The notes: generated by a model not told the origin, from the letters alone. A stretch of DNA of 59,021 nt from a virus (IMGVR_UViG_3300047669_002431:1-59021), one strand, 5' to 3'; positions 30,601 to 40,229 are shown, counted from the stretch's first letter. Numbers and translations: made by a program.

Positions 30601-30915
30601 TTATTTCTCTTCCGTAAGCTTTTTGAGCTGGAGCTTTAGTTCCTCTAGGTCTGTTTGAAGATATTCTATTCGCAAATCTTGCTTGGCGTCATCCGGAAGG
30701 GCTCCTAACTCACCTCTAGGCCACTTTACCCTGAACTCACTGTTCATTTTAACAGCGTCCTGCATACGGATCACATCCAATTGCAGTTGTGCAAGATGGG
30801 CGGTTAGGGTAAACCATACGCCAGCAATAGACAATATGGCTAGTATGATCCCAATTAGAGATTTTAGCTCTAATTTAACCTGAGAGCCTTCATTTATGTC
30901 TATAGGTTTAGTCAT
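30601..30915 (-). CDS. Small single-pass membrane/coiled-coil protein
   Basis: Hydrophobic LIGIILAILSIAGVWFTL followed by heptad-like tail. Confidence 0.65.
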   Translation of the reverse strand: MTKPIDINEGSQVKLELKSLIGIILAILSIAGVWFTLTAHLAQLQLDVIRMQDAVKMNSEFRVKWPRGELGALPDDAKQDLRIEYLQTDLEELKLQLKKLTEEK

Positions 30916-30919
30916 TAAT

Positions 30920-31213
30920 TTACTTAGCGTTTAGAGAGTCAAGCTTTTCCTCGATCCTATCGAAGCGATGATGGACGACTTTAACTAAGTTTTCAAAATC
31001 CCCTTTATTAACATACTTTTCCGGGAGACTTAGGGCTAGATCGTTAACTTTTTGGCGAGCCTCTTTTAAGTCATTCTCATGGTGGGTTTTTAGGCCATTT
31101 AGCTCTAATTCATTCTCTTTAATCCTATCGCTTAAAGATTTTAGAACCCATCCACCAAAAAATGTTAATAAAGCTATGACGACATTTACAAAGAATTGAA
31201 AATCTACTTCCAT
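30920..31213 (-). CDS. Small membrane protein with coiled coil (holin-like candidate)
   Basis: Likely start MEVDF at 31213; TM segment, then YVNKGDF...RFDRIEEKLD. Confidence 0.6.
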   Translation of the reverse strand: MEVDFQFFVNVVIALLTFFGGWVLKSLSDRIKENELELNGLKTHHENDLKEARQKVNDLALSLPEKYVNKGDFENLVKVVHHRFDRIEEKLDSLNAK

Positions 31214-31222
31214 ACCTCTATA

Positions 31223-31287
31223 TACACTAAAAAAATATCTGCTTTTCATTTTTTAAATAAATAAAGAACATTTTTTAGATAAGTGTA
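31223..31287. promoter_or_regulatory. Divergent pair of AGTGTA promoter-like motifs
   Basis: AGTGTA on - at 31223-31228 (9 nt before ATG 31213) and on + at 31282-31287 (11 nt before ATG 31299). Confidence 0.6.
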
Positions 31288-31298
31288 ACATATGGTAG

Positions 31299-31505
31299 AT
31301 GTATGAAGTTGCTCTACCTCCCTATAGGCTGAAGGTTTTCCTTTGCGACGACGGGAACTGGAGGCATGACTCTGTGTTTATATACAATAATGAGAAAATA
31401 ATAAACGAAAAGGAGATTGACTCCTTAATGCAGTACTTATTTGACGAGGGGTTCATAAAGGACAGGAGGACAATTTACTACGTAGCCGAAAGAGATTCAG
31501 ACTAA
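31299..31505 (+). CDS. Small hypothetical protein, paralogue of 47287..47475
   Basis: LMQYLFDEGFI motif; preceded by AGTGTA. Confidence 0.7.
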   Translation: MYEVALPPYRLKVFLCDDGNWRHDSVFIYNNEKIINEKEIDSLMQYLFDEGFIKDRRTIYYVAERDSD

Positions 31506-31600
31506 ATGAAGATTAGTGAGAAGAATCGCCGCCGTTTTGGGACAAGTGCAGTTATTAATATATTCTTTTTATTTATTCATGCGATCCTGTAATGGCTCTA

Positions 31601-32335
31601 CTATTCGTACCACCCGGTAATAGCTAATCTTTCTTTGTCTGAATTTGTAACGTGATTAACTAAATGCGGCATTCCTCCGTCGCTAACGTCAAATACAACC
31701 AAACTATTAAAGGTAGGAACCTCTACGTATTTTACGGTGCAGTAGTCCTCTTCCATTCCAAAGAATATCCCTCCGTCTTGAGGGAGCCATCCTTTTGATA
31801 AGTTTAGGACTATAGTAACTCTTCCTTTGGCGTTATCGTTATGGGGCCCATTGTAGTCTCCCTTACCGTACTTACTTGTAAAAAGTTCTCCCGGTTTCAA
31901 ATCGGAATACCCGCAAATTTCTCCTAAGAATTGGAGCATCGGGGAAGCCTCTAAGAAACTCTTCCTAAACGCACACTCCTCGCACAGGCATTGTGAAAAG
32001 TGAGAATTATAAAATAATCTTTTATAGATGTACGAAAACCCCCTATTCTCTTTATATACTTTATCTAAAAAAGCTCTCTTTTGTCCTATAAGCTGTTTTA
32101 AGGTTTCGCTGCCGTCTTCTCGGTAGACACTAGTTCCCCATGAATCTATGCCTAAGTCTGGGTCGGGGAGAAACATCCATGACCACCAATCCGGGGGGAT
32201 TTGGGCGTAATAAGACTTAAGCTTTTCCGCACTTTCTTCTTGCAGAAAATTTCGAATTACGACGAACTTGTCCTTTTGATATTCTTCTTTTATTTTTTGA
32301 ATATCTAACTGGTTATTAATTAGGTTTTCTTCCAT
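31601..32335 (-). CDS. 2OG-Fe(II) oxygenase (OGFOD1/Tpa1 prolyl-hydroxylase-like)
   Basis: VIRNFL, YNGPHND, WLPQDGG, PTFNSLVVF, PHLVNHV, RLAITGWY. Confidence 0.82.
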   Translation of the reverse strand: MEENLINNQLDIQKIKEEYQKDKFVVIRNFLQEESAEKLKSYYAQIPPDWWSWMFLPDPDLGIDSWGTSVYREDGSETLKQLIGQKRAFLDKVYKENRGFSYIYKRLFYNSHFSQCLCEECAFRKSFLEASPMLQFLGEICGYSDLKPGELFTSKYGKGDYNGPHNDNAKGRVTIVLNLSKGWLPQDGGIFFGMEEDYCTVKYVEVPTFNSLVVFDVSDGGMPHLVNHVTNSDKERLAITGWYE

Positions 32336-32339
32336 TATA

Positions 32340-33026
32340 TTACTGTAGGTGTTTTTCTCCGTCAGGCCCGAAGTTTCCTTCTACGCCTAAAGTGTCTAGG
32401 TAATTTATCTTATCCATACTTTGCCATAACAAATTAGTTTCTAATGAAAACCCGGTAAAGGGCGGGTAATTATTAGTCGTGAATGAGTGGGTTAGTAACA
32501 TTGAGTCTGCGAATGTATTAAAAAAGCTTTTATTAAAAGAAAATAAAGTAGTAAAAACGCCGCCTTCAAAATGGTCGTGCTGTTTAGCGTTAAATAAGCA
32601 GCTCGTATGATTGTGAATATTAAAATTATTATTTAACTTATATCTTCCGCTGATTTTAAAATATACATCATATAAAGGGAATTGCATATTTTTTAAATAT
32701 AATAAACTTTTTAGTATAGCGAAAGATTCTCCATGACTTTTATTCGGGTGATCTTTAAAGAAGTCGAAAGTCGAGTGATTGTCTTTGTTCCGGTAAATAA
32801 AGTAATCTGTTTTGGAGGATAAAATCTCCTGATCGACTTCTGATAGTTCGGACATTTCGCACAGCAAGATGTCTGAAGTATGAGACAGCCTTCTGATACT
32901 AGAAATAGTCTCTAAGGTTTGCTCAAATCTCTCTTTAGGCGAATACACGCTCCTAACGGGACTGTAATCTAACGCAATGGAGGAATCGAAATTAACGCAC
33001 GAAGGTATGATGAACACTGATTTCAC
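32340..33026 (-). CDS. Hypothetical protein, possibly glycosyltransferase-related
   Basis: RFEQTLETISSIR, NKSHGES, FKISGRY; GTG start behind a promoter. Confidence 0.55.
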   Translation of the reverse strand: MKSVFIIPSCVNFDSSIALDYSPVRSVYSPKERFEQTLETISSIRRLSHTSDILLCEMSELSEVDQEILSSKTDYFIYRNKDNHSTFDFFKDHPNKSHGESFAILKSLLYLKNMQFPLYDVYFKISGRYKLNNNFNIHNHTSCLFNAKQHDHFEGGVFTTLFSFNKSFFNTFADSMLLTHSFTTNNYPPFTGFSLETNLLWQSMDKINYLDTLGVEGNFGPDGEKHLQ

Positions 33027-33061
33027 TAAAGGATTTTAAGTAAATAATAATAAAAAGTCAA
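33027..33061 (-). promoter_or_regulatory. sigma70-type promoter, leaderless
   Basis: TTGACT-17-TAAAAT-6 nt-GTG(33026). Confidence 0.75.
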
Positions 33062-33065
33062 TTTT

Positions 33066-34076
33066 TTAAAAATCGTCCTCTAGGACTCCGGAGTTTTGGT
33101 AATCTTTGACTTTCCTTTCGAAGAAGTTAGTCATCGCTCCAGTATCAACGACTTCTGATAGCCAAGGAAAAGGATTGTTATCGCTTTCGAATCTAAATGC
33201 AATGCCAATTCCTTCTAGTCGTCTATTTCCAATGTATTGCATGTAATCTACAAACATGTCTGCGTTCAAGCCTAAAATACCCCTTGGAAGTACGTCGTGA
33301 GCGTATTGCACTTCGAGCTCTACTGCTTTTTTAATGTGATCTACGGTTTCTTCCTCAAACTTTTTTGTCCATATCGTTGGGTATTGATCTCTAATAGTGT
33401 TGATCAGATAGGTTCCAAATTGGATATGAAGGCTCTCGTCACGTAATGTATATCTAATTTGATCGGATAATCCGGGTAGCTTATTTTGTCTACCTAGAGC
33501 TAAAAGCATAGCAAATCCGCTGAAGAAAAACGTGCCTTCACAAACGATATAGTAAGTAATCAAATTTCTTAAAAATTCTTTTTTGCCCTCTGCTGTCTTA
33601 GTCGAAAAATCTTGCCTATTAATGTTCGAGCTTATTTCCATTAAAAAATCATCTTTAGATTTAATAGATTCTATGTTTTTATAAGCCTCAAAAACTTCAG
33701 AAATTTTCAGATTAAAGCTGTCGCAGCATGTCACAACCGTCCAATTATGTAGCGACTCCTCATAAGCTTGACGCATTATATATTGACCACACTCTGCGTC
33801 AGTTATCCATTTGGCGACATTAAGAAGTAAATTATTGCCAACTAAGGACTCGCTTCCAGCAAAAAATCCCAGACATCGCTTAACGAGTAGTTTTTCATCA
33901 TCAGTTAAAGCTCCGCTCTTCCATTGATCTACGTCCTGACTCATGTTTATCTCTGATGGCGACCAACTATTAGCGACGCCTTTGAGGAACAAGTCCCATG
34001 CAAATTGGTGTTTATGGGGTAATATTTGATTCACGCCCCCGGTTTCTTCGTCTAGCAATAATCCACTTTTACTCAT
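33066..34076 (-). CDS. nrdB: Ribonucleotide reductase beta subunit, class Ic-like (no radical Tyr)
   Basis: FFAGSESLVGNN, EESLHNWTV, EGTFFFSGF, RDESLH, NFFERKV; likely start at 34076. Confidence 0.93.
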   Translation of the reverse strand: MSKSGLLLDEETGGVNQILPHKHQFAWDLFLKGVANSWSPSEINMSQDVDQWKSGALTDDEKLLVKRCLGFFAGSESLVGNNLLLNVAKWITDAECGQYIMRQAYEESLHNWTVVTCCDSFNLKISEVFEAYKNIESIKSKDDFLMEISSNINRQDFSTKTAEGKKEFLRNLITYYIVCEGTFFFSGFAMLLALGRQNKLPGLSDQIRYTLRDESLHIQFGTYLINTIRDQYPTIWTKKFEEETVDHIKKAVELEVQYAHDVLPRGILGLNADMFVDYMQYIGNRRLEGIGIAFRFESDNNPFPWLSEVVDTGAMTNFFERKVKDYQNSGVLEDDF

Positions 34077-34077
34077 T

Positions 34078-36537
34078 TTATTGACAGCTTTCACAGGTTG
34101 GGTCTACTATACTGCAAGCTTCAGGCTCTGGCTCTGACTCTGACTCTGACTCTGACTCTGACTCTTTCGTAGCAGCTCCAGTAGACTTTTCTATTTTACT
34201 TGCAGATTTATTCCTTAAATAGTAAGTGCTTTTTAAGCCTCTATTTTTTGCGTGAAAATATAAATCGTTTAAATATTTCAAGGACGTAGAACTGTTAAAT
34301 AAATTTAAAGATTGACCCATGTCAATCCATTTTTGACGCGCTGCAGCGCAATCAATTAATTTAAATTGATCTTGGTTAAAGGCTGTACGAAATCTATTCT
34401 TGAGATCGTCGGGTAGCTCTAGCTGAGAGACATCTCCATCTACGGCTTTCAAGGCTTCAATTAAGCCGGGAGTCCAGATGTTAAGTTGTTTGCATTCTTT
34501 TACGAACCACTCGTTCGTGATAAATAAGTTTCCACTTTTATTTTCATAGACGAAAAAAGTAGAGAAATCAGGATCAATAGAAGGAGAGCAGCCTTGAATA
34601 TAAGATATAGTGGCAGTAGGAGCGATAGCCATAGTGTTACTGTTACGCATTCCATGACTTTTAATGGAGTCTCTAGCAATTTTCCAATCAACTTCGGGCG
34701 CATACTTTTTTCCTCTATGGATTATAGGCTTTTCTTCTAAATAATTCATTAAGTTTTTATATGTATCAATGGGGATAACTCCCTGATCCCACAAAGAGCC
34801 TTCGAATGAGGAGTACCTTCCTCTTTCTTTTGCGAGCTTAGACGAATTTAAAATGCAGTGATAAGATATAAACTCGTATAATTCGTCAGCGAGTTTAATA
34901 GAATCGTCTGAAGAATAATCAAGTTTATGAGAGTGAAAAACGTCATGCCATCCCATAGTTCCTGCTCCTACGGGTCTATGGGCTAAGTTTGATTTTTCAG
35001 CTTCTTTAGTGGGGTAGAAGTTCAAATCAATAACGTTGTCTAACATCCGCATTTGATTTTTTATAGTCCGAGCAAGTAAATCGTAGTCCACTCCTCCATT
35101 TTCTTTTAAATGCTCCTTAAGATTAACGGAGCTTAAGTTGCAAACGGCAGTTTCCCCGATCTCAGTTTTAACTCCTTCATCATATTTAGAAGGCTTAGTA
35201 TGCAAGAAAATCTCAGTGCATAGATTAGAACTATGAATCACGCCTTTATGGGAATTAGAATACCTCAAATTAGAGTTGTCCTTAAAAGTCATCCAAGGGT
35301 GTCCGGTTTCAAATAAAACACGTAACATTTTTTTCCATAAGTCTTTAGCGGGAAGTTTGCGATAATTTTCAATTTCTCCAGACTCGGCTAATTTGCAGTA
35401 TTTTTTATAGCGTTTATCAAATTCATCGCCATAGGTTTCATGTAGATCACGCACGTCAGAAGGGGAAAACAGATACCAATCTTGATTTTTAGAAACTTTT
35501 TCAAGGAAAATATTAGGAAGCCAGTGGGCGGTATTTAAGTCGTGGCAGCGACGACGCTCTTCTCCTGTATTTTTCTTTAAGTCGAGGAAGTCTTCTATGT
35601 CTAAGTGCCAAGGCTCAAGATAAGCGCAGCCCGCTCCGGGGCGTTTACCTCCCTGATTGACGGCCACCAAGAGGTCGTTATAAATTTTGAGCCAAGGGAC
35701 GAGCCCGCTGGAGGTCCCATTAGTTCCTTTAATGTGAGAGCCTGAAGACCTGAAGTTGGAGACGTCGAAACCTAGTCCTCCAGCGAATTTTGACTTCCTT
35801 GCTTCTTGCCAAGCACCGTCGAAAATGCCATCGATAGAGTCATCAAAAGTATTAAGATAGCAGCTAGAAAGCTGACTATGAGTACTGCCACTATTAAACA
35901 GGGTAGGAGTAGAACAGCATAGGTGAAAATTAGAAAGCGTATTATAAAACTCGATAGCTTTTTCATCTTTATTTTCTTCGTTTATGCATAGCCCCATAGC
36001 TACTCTCATCCAGAAGGATTGAGGACATTCAAGTCTGCGTCCTTTAAGGTGATGAAAGTATCTATCGTGAAGAATTTGTAACCCAAGGTATTTGAATTTA
36101 AAATCCCTGTCAAGAGCTAGGGAGTCAGATAGTTTTTTTAAATCAAACCCTAGAAGTCTTTCGTCAAGTACTTCTTCCTTAACTAGGAGTTTTATGTTTT
36201 TTATAAAAGAAAGGCGGTACTGATTTTCAAAAGCGTCTTTATCGACGCTGCTTCCAAAGACTTCTTTGTGGATATTGCCTAGCAATAAGCGAGCAGCTAC
36301 GTATGAATAGTTTGGCTCTTTTTCCATTTTAGCTCTAGCTGACATGACTAAAGCCTTATCGATTTCTGTGGTGCTGATTTTGTCGTATAGTTGAACGTGA
36401 GCGTCTAACACTACTTCGCTCGCGGAAACGTCTTCTAAGTTTTCACACGCACGCTCTACGCATTTGTTTATTTTGTTAAAATTTAATTTTTCTAGCCTAT
36501 TATTTCTCTTTTTAACGTGAATGATTTTAGGGTCCAT
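34078..36537 (-). CDS. nrdA: Class I ribonucleotide reductase alpha subunit with ATP cone
   Basis: VKKR ATP cone, TPTLFN, LSSC, NQGGKRPG, SNLCTEI, VCNL, APTATIS, TYYLR, C-terminal CESCQ. Confidence 0.96.
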   Translation of the reverse strand: MDPKIIHVKKRNNRLEKLNFNKINKCVERACENLEDVSASEVVLDAHVQLYDKISTTEIDKALVMSARAKMEKEPNYSYVAARLLLGNIHKEVFGSSVDKDAFENQYRLSFIKNIKLLVKEEVLDERLLGFDLKKLSDSLALDRDFKFKYLGLQILHDRYFHHLKGRRLECPQSFWMRVAMGLCINEENKDEKAIEFYNTLSNFHLCCSTPTLFNSGSTHSQLSSCYLNTFDDSIDGIFDGAWQEARKSKFAGGLGFDVSNFRSSGSHIKGTNGTSSGLVPWLKIYNDLLVAVNQGGKRPGAGCAYLEPWHLDIEDFLDLKKNTGEERRRCHDLNTAHWLPNIFLEKVSKNQDWYLFSPSDVRDLHETYGDEFDKRYKKYCKLAESGEIENYRKLPAKDLWKKMLRVLFETGHPWMTFKDNSNLRYSNSHKGVIHSSNLCTEIFLHTKPSKYDEGVKTEIGETAVCNLSSVNLKEHLKENGGVDYDLLARTIKNQMRMLDNVIDLNFYPTKEAEKSNLAHRPVGAGTMGWHDVFHSHKLDYSSDDSIKLADELYEFISYHCILNSSKLAKERGRYSSFEGSLWDQGVIPIDTYKNLMNYLEEKPIIHRGKKYAPEVDWKIARDSIKSHGMRNSNTMAIAPTATISYIQGCSPSIDPDFSTFFVYENKSGNLFITNEWFVKECKQLNIWTPGLIEALKAVDGDVSQLELPDDLKNRFRTAFNQDQFKLIDCAAARQKWIDMGQSLNLFNSSTSLKYLNDLYFHAKNRGLKSTYYLRNKSASKIEKSTGAATKESESESESESEPEPEACSIVDPTCESCQ
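34123..34165 (-). repeat. 6-nt microsatellite (GAGTCA)n encoding an ESESESESESEPEP linker in NrdA
   Basis: TCTGAC tandem units on the + strand. Confidence 0.9.
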
Positions 36538-36648
36538 AAATTAATTTCTCTTTGAGTAAAGATTATGTTACAGCTATTATACCCTTAGGAAAAGAAAAAA
36601 GGTAAATGATTTAAAAAAAGGCGTTACATTTTAGAAATATAACGATTT

Positions 36649-37020
36649 TTAAAACTGAATTGGCCCAATTCCTTTTTTAGTAGGGTCGCCATCGTGTTTA
36701 ATTCCTTTTCGTTTAGACTTGTAATCTTTAAAGTATTTTTCTTTGAGTGGGTCTTTGCCAGCCATTTTAGTTCTTTTGTTACTCATATCTTTTGATAGCT
36801 CCCACATCTGCCCGACAGTCATGCCGTGTTTTGCCGTGCGACGAGCGAAGTCTTCTTTGGAGAAGCAGTCTCCTTGGGTGTCAATAGAAGCGTTCGCTGC
36901 TAAGAAAACCCTACTCCACTTTAAGCCCTTATCGTCTACATATACGTGATTTTCTTTCATGGATTGAAGAACTTCTATTTCTTCTCCGGTATCGGGATTC
37001 TGGAAGATATATAAAGGCAT
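36649..37020 (-). CDS. FmdB-like small protein (Cys-less)
   Basis: MPLYIFQNPDTGEEIEVLQSM N-terminus. Confidence 0.65.
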   Translation of the reverse strand: MPLYIFQNPDTGEEIEVLQSMKENHVYVDDKGLKWSRVFLAANASIDTQGDCFSKEDFARRTAKHGMTVGQMWELSKDMSNKRTKMAGKDPLKEKYFKDYKSKRKGIKHDGDPTKKGIGPIQF

Positions 37021-37021
37021 T

Positions 37022-37321
37022 TTAAGCGTTGATGTTATAGTATGCGGGATTGTCAGGAAGCTGGTTGCAGGTAGTTTGGTACTTAAAATTTCTATTTACG
37101 TCTTTCATCTCGGATTTTGCGAGGCTTTTCCCGTCTATATTGCTTACTTTTCTGTTCCCTTGAATTAGCTCTCGCGTGATCATTCCCACTTGATAGTTAG
37201 CCTCCCAGATTCTCTTCCATTCTAATCCATTTTTATCAACATAGATATGTTTTTCGGTCATTGATTGAGTTACTTCAATAACTACTTGAGTATCGGGGTG
37301 TTGAAAAGCGTAAGTCGGCAT
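37022..37321 (-). CDS. FmdB-like small protein (Cys-less ribbon), tandem paralogue
   Basis: MPTYAFQHPDTQVVIEVTQSM; AGTGTA at 37332-37337 lies 10 nt upstream. Confidence 0.65.
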   Translation of the reverse strand: MPTYAFQHPDTQVVIEVTQSMTEKHIYVDKNGLEWKRIWEANYQVGMITRELIQGNRKVSNIDGKSLAKSEMKDVNRNFKYQTTCNQLPDNPAYYNINA

Positions 37322-37322
37322 A

Positions 37323-38417
37323 TTAATCTAATACACTTAAAATAGAGTCAGTCATACGGGAGGCTGTAAAATTTTCTTGTATTTTTAGTCCTTCGTGATT
37401 AACTCTGTCATTTTCGACTCTTTTGATGGCTTCCTCGCATCCGTCTATGAAATCATCATCATTAAAGTCAAAGATTCTGCCTTGATTGAAGGGCTCTCCT
37501 TTTTTAAAGAAGATTCCGTCATAAGCGTCAGTTTTACCGGAAGGACTCACAAGAACTGAGTTTTTATCATTTGCCCATTCCTTATATCCGGTAGCGTCTA
37601 GTATCACTCCATGCTTGCCGACTCCTAAAGATTGAAATTCCGGAAGGCCCCATCCCTCAGCTCCCGACATGCCAATGATTATGTCGCCAGAATTTAAGAA
37701 GTCATTATAGAGAGCGTTTTGCGTCATATGACCTAAAAAATTTACATTAAAATAAGCACTGCCACCCATACTTTCTGAGAATAATTGTTTGTTCAATTCT
37801 TCACTGAGAAAGGGGTTGTAAACTGCACATTGAAGCGAGTATTTAGAATTGTTGCCATACTTTTTTACCCATGCATTAATTATTTTTTTATGGTGCTTCC
37901 TGTGTTCAAATTTACCGCATAAGTTAAAGGTAATTCTTTCGTCTTCAAAATATACTTTTTCTATTCTTTTAAAATTATAATTATCAAAAGCTAGAGGTAT
38001 GAGGCGGGATTTAACATTTAAGTTTTCAAAAATATCTTGGCAATAAGAGTTAGATACCAGAAGGTTATCTACGCTTTCCGCGATTTTAAGCTCTTCCTTA
38101 GTTGGCTGATCTAACTCATAGAAAGTAATTAGATTATGGATTTTAGAAAAAGACTCTAATCCTCCATTTAAATGCCACAACTTGATGCTGGGGTCATTTT
38201 TGCGATAATTACGGTAAGACTCTTTGGAGCTCTTTTGAAGCCATTGAAGGAATGGGTCCGTCTTGACTTCTTCTTGAGAGGAGAAATCGATTTTCCCACC
38301 AATAACGAAAAGAGGCAAAGCAAAGAATGGGTCTCTCCGGAAAATCTCCCTCAAGAAAAGAGTAGAGACTTGTCCGAAAGAGACTCCATTAATTGGAAGA
38401 TTAGCTGTGAATTGCAT
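37323..38417 (-). CDS. GT4 glycosyltransferase
   Basis: GKFEHRK, SGAEGWGLPEFQSL. Confidence 0.8.
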   Translation of the reverse strand: MQFTANLPINGVSFGQVSTLFLREIFRRDPFFALPLFVIGGKIDFSSQEEVKTDPFLQWLQKSSKESYRNYRKNDPSIKLWHLNGGLESFSKIHNLITFYELDQPTKEELKIAESVDNLLVSNSYCQDIFENLNVKSRLIPLAFDNYNFKRIEKVYFEDERITFNLCGKFEHRKHHKKIINAWVKKYGNNSKYSLQCAVYNPFLSEELNKQLFSESMGGSAYFNVNFLGHMTQNALYNDFLNSGDIIIGMSGAEGWGLPEFQSLGVGKHGVILDATGYKEWANDKNSVLVSPSGKTDAYDGIFFKKGEPFNQGRIFDFNDDDFIDGCEEAIKRVENDRVNHEGLKIQENFTASRMTDSILSVLD

Positions 38418-38725
38418 TAAAGCACGTCTTCATCTACTTGTGCTTGTGCTTCGGGAGCTGCTTCCTTTACTTCTTCCTTATTGGCGTTAGAGAAGTCTTT
38501 AGACTTTAGAATTCTAAAATCAGGGTAGCGTTCATTTTTCTTTTCTCGGTTAGCGAAAACTACCACTTTAATTTTCGTTTCCACTCCCATGTCGTCTTCC
38601 ACAACGATGTGCCCAGCGAGGTACTTTTGCCCCCCGTTTTTGCTTTGTTTTTTCCAGAGAGCGCCAAGCTCTTGGTTGTCGTTTTTGGAGGAGTAGTCTT
38701 TGTTATCGTTAGTATTTTCTGGCAT
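38417..38725 (-). CDS. DUF736-like small protein with acidic tail (possible ssDNA binding)
   Basis: LGALWKK..YLAG..VFAN..PDFRI; start MPEN at 38725 supported by a promoter. Confidence 0.6.
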   Translation of the reverse strand: MPENTNDNKDYSSKNDNQELGALWKKQSKNGGQKYLAGHIVVEDDMGVETKIKVVVFANREKKNERYPDFRILKSKDFSNANKEEVKEAAPEAQAQVDEDVL

Positions 38726-38761
38726 AGAACTTATCTTAGGCTTATTATGTAGAGGTGTCAA
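38726..38761 (-). promoter_or_regulatory. sigma70-type promoter, leaderless
   Basis: TTGACA-17-TAAGAT-7 nt-ATG(38725). Confidence 0.75.
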
Positions 38762-39368
38762 GGAAATTTCTAATAAAAGGCTCAATATGTTTTTTTGTTA
38801 AAATTTCTTCGACTTCATCTTGTGGTCTTTGGATAAACTCCCAATCTATAGAATAATCAGCTTGGAGCTTAAGTTTTGGGTCATTAGTTTTTTCGGCATC
38901 ATTTGCAGGTCCATGCGCTATTATTACAGGCGGCGAACAGTCGTCGCTTTCAACAGTTACGTAGTTAGAGATATGAATTAACGATCCTTTTAATTCTTTT
39001 TTTAGCCAAAAGACTTCATCTTGATCGTAATGATCAAACCTTATATCTGTTATAACTAAAATTTCATCATCGTCTAATTTTAATTTTTTAATATTTTCAT
39101 TAACAATGTTTATCCAGTATCTCCCGTAAGTGCATCCCCTCTTTACGTTAGCATGAAATACTAATAGGGGCCTGATCACTTCCTTATCTTCTCTTGAGCA
39201 GTTAGTGGCGTCTATACCGTAATGCTTCTTAGTCCACGGAGCCACTTCTTCCTTAAGAGCTTTCGCTAAAGATATTTTTCTGCATTTTCTAAAATTAGAA
39301 AGAAGGTCGAAAAATAAATCTTTACCACTCCCAGCTACTCCGGAAATTCCTATAATTTTATTACTCAT
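38745..39368 (-). CDS. Deoxynucleoside monophosphate kinase (T4 gp1-like)
   Basis: IIGISGVAGSGKD P-loop, VITDIRF; likely start at 39368. Confidence 0.8.
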   Translation of the reverse strand: MSNKIIGISGVAGSGKDLFFDLLSNFRKCRKISLAKALKEEVAPWTKKHYGIDATNCSREDKEVIRPLLVFHANVKRGCTYGRYWINIVNENIKKLKLDDDEILVITDIRFDHYDQDEVFWLKKELKGSLIHISNYVTVESDDCSPPVIIAHGPANDAEKTNDPKLKLQADYSIDWEFIQRPQDEVEEILTKKHIEPFIRNFLDTST

Positions 39369-40200
39369 TATTCTCGACGGCAGTTTTTTTGTTTTTACCA
39401 TCGAATACGTTTTCAAAATCTATTAGCGATGTACCGTAAGTGGCAGTCCCTATGTGGTCAAGTTTTGAGGTCGTATCTAACCAAATTTTACCTCCTATTT
39501 TTTTCCATCTTTCGCAAAAGGTATAGTCTTCAGATAAATAGTTTTTACCTATTTCATGTATTGAAGTGTCGAAAAAGGAATAAGTGTTTTCTTTTATTTT
39601 CTCTATAGCCACTTCTCCTAGAGCTTCTTTCGCGTCTTGAGAGTAGCCTTCAGTTTCTAGTTCTGATTTATATTTTAACTCTGGATAGGAAGTTTTCATC
39701 TTGTCTAAGCATTCCCTTTTAATGCACATAAACCCTGTTCCAGCGCGTTCCACTTCAATGAAATTTTGTTCATCGCAGGTAGCTCCTTCTTTAAAATCTA
39801 CCACGTATCTAGATGGAGAGCTCTTAGTGGGGTAAGCTCCTACGCTAACCATTCTATCTGATAAGCATAACCTAAATAAGGATTGAGGATTGAATTGTAT
39901 ATCAGCATCTAAAAAGAATAAGTGAGTATGCTCGTCAGAAGCTAGGAATTGAGCTACTAAATTATTACGAGCTCTAGTTATGAGGCTGTCATTAGAAAGG
40001 AATCTAAAGTCTACGGTAAGGCCTACAGAGATTCCCGTGACAACAGTTCCGATCATTCCGGAAACCGTTGCTTGGTCCATTTTTCCTCCGAAGCAAGGAG
40101 TACATATCATTACTTTGATATTTTTGTATTCTTCTTGCGTTAGTAAAGGGCGACCCCTTTCGTTGGTATCCTCTAATGAGGAGGTATCTATTATTTCCAT
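39361..40200 (-). CDS. GT-A-like glycosyltransferase (putative)
   Basis: CTPCFGG, SLITRARN, FFLDADI, GTGFM, LSEDYTFC, HIG. Confidence 0.7.
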   Translation of the reverse strand: MEIIDTSSLEDTNERGRPLLTQEEYKNIKVMICTPCFGGKMDQATVSGMIGTVVTGISVGLTVDFRFLSNDSLITRARNNLVAQFLASDEHTHLFFLDADIQFNPQSLFRLCLSDRMVSVGAYPTKSSPSRYVVDFKEGATCDEQNFIEVERAGTGFMCIKRECLDKMKTSYPELKYKSELETEGYSQDAKEALGEVAIEKIKENTYSFFDTSIHEIGKNYLSEDYTFCERWKKIGGKIWLDTTSKLDHIGTATYGTSLIDFENVFDGKNKKTAVENNE

Positions 40201-40229
40201 AATTAAAAAGTATATAAATGATTTTTAAA

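Noticed and set aside
11327-36537. Inteins or introns in dnaE, dnaB, recA, nrdA or nrdB
   Set aside because: Lengths are normal, ORFs are uninterrupted and no C...HN splice motifs were seen.
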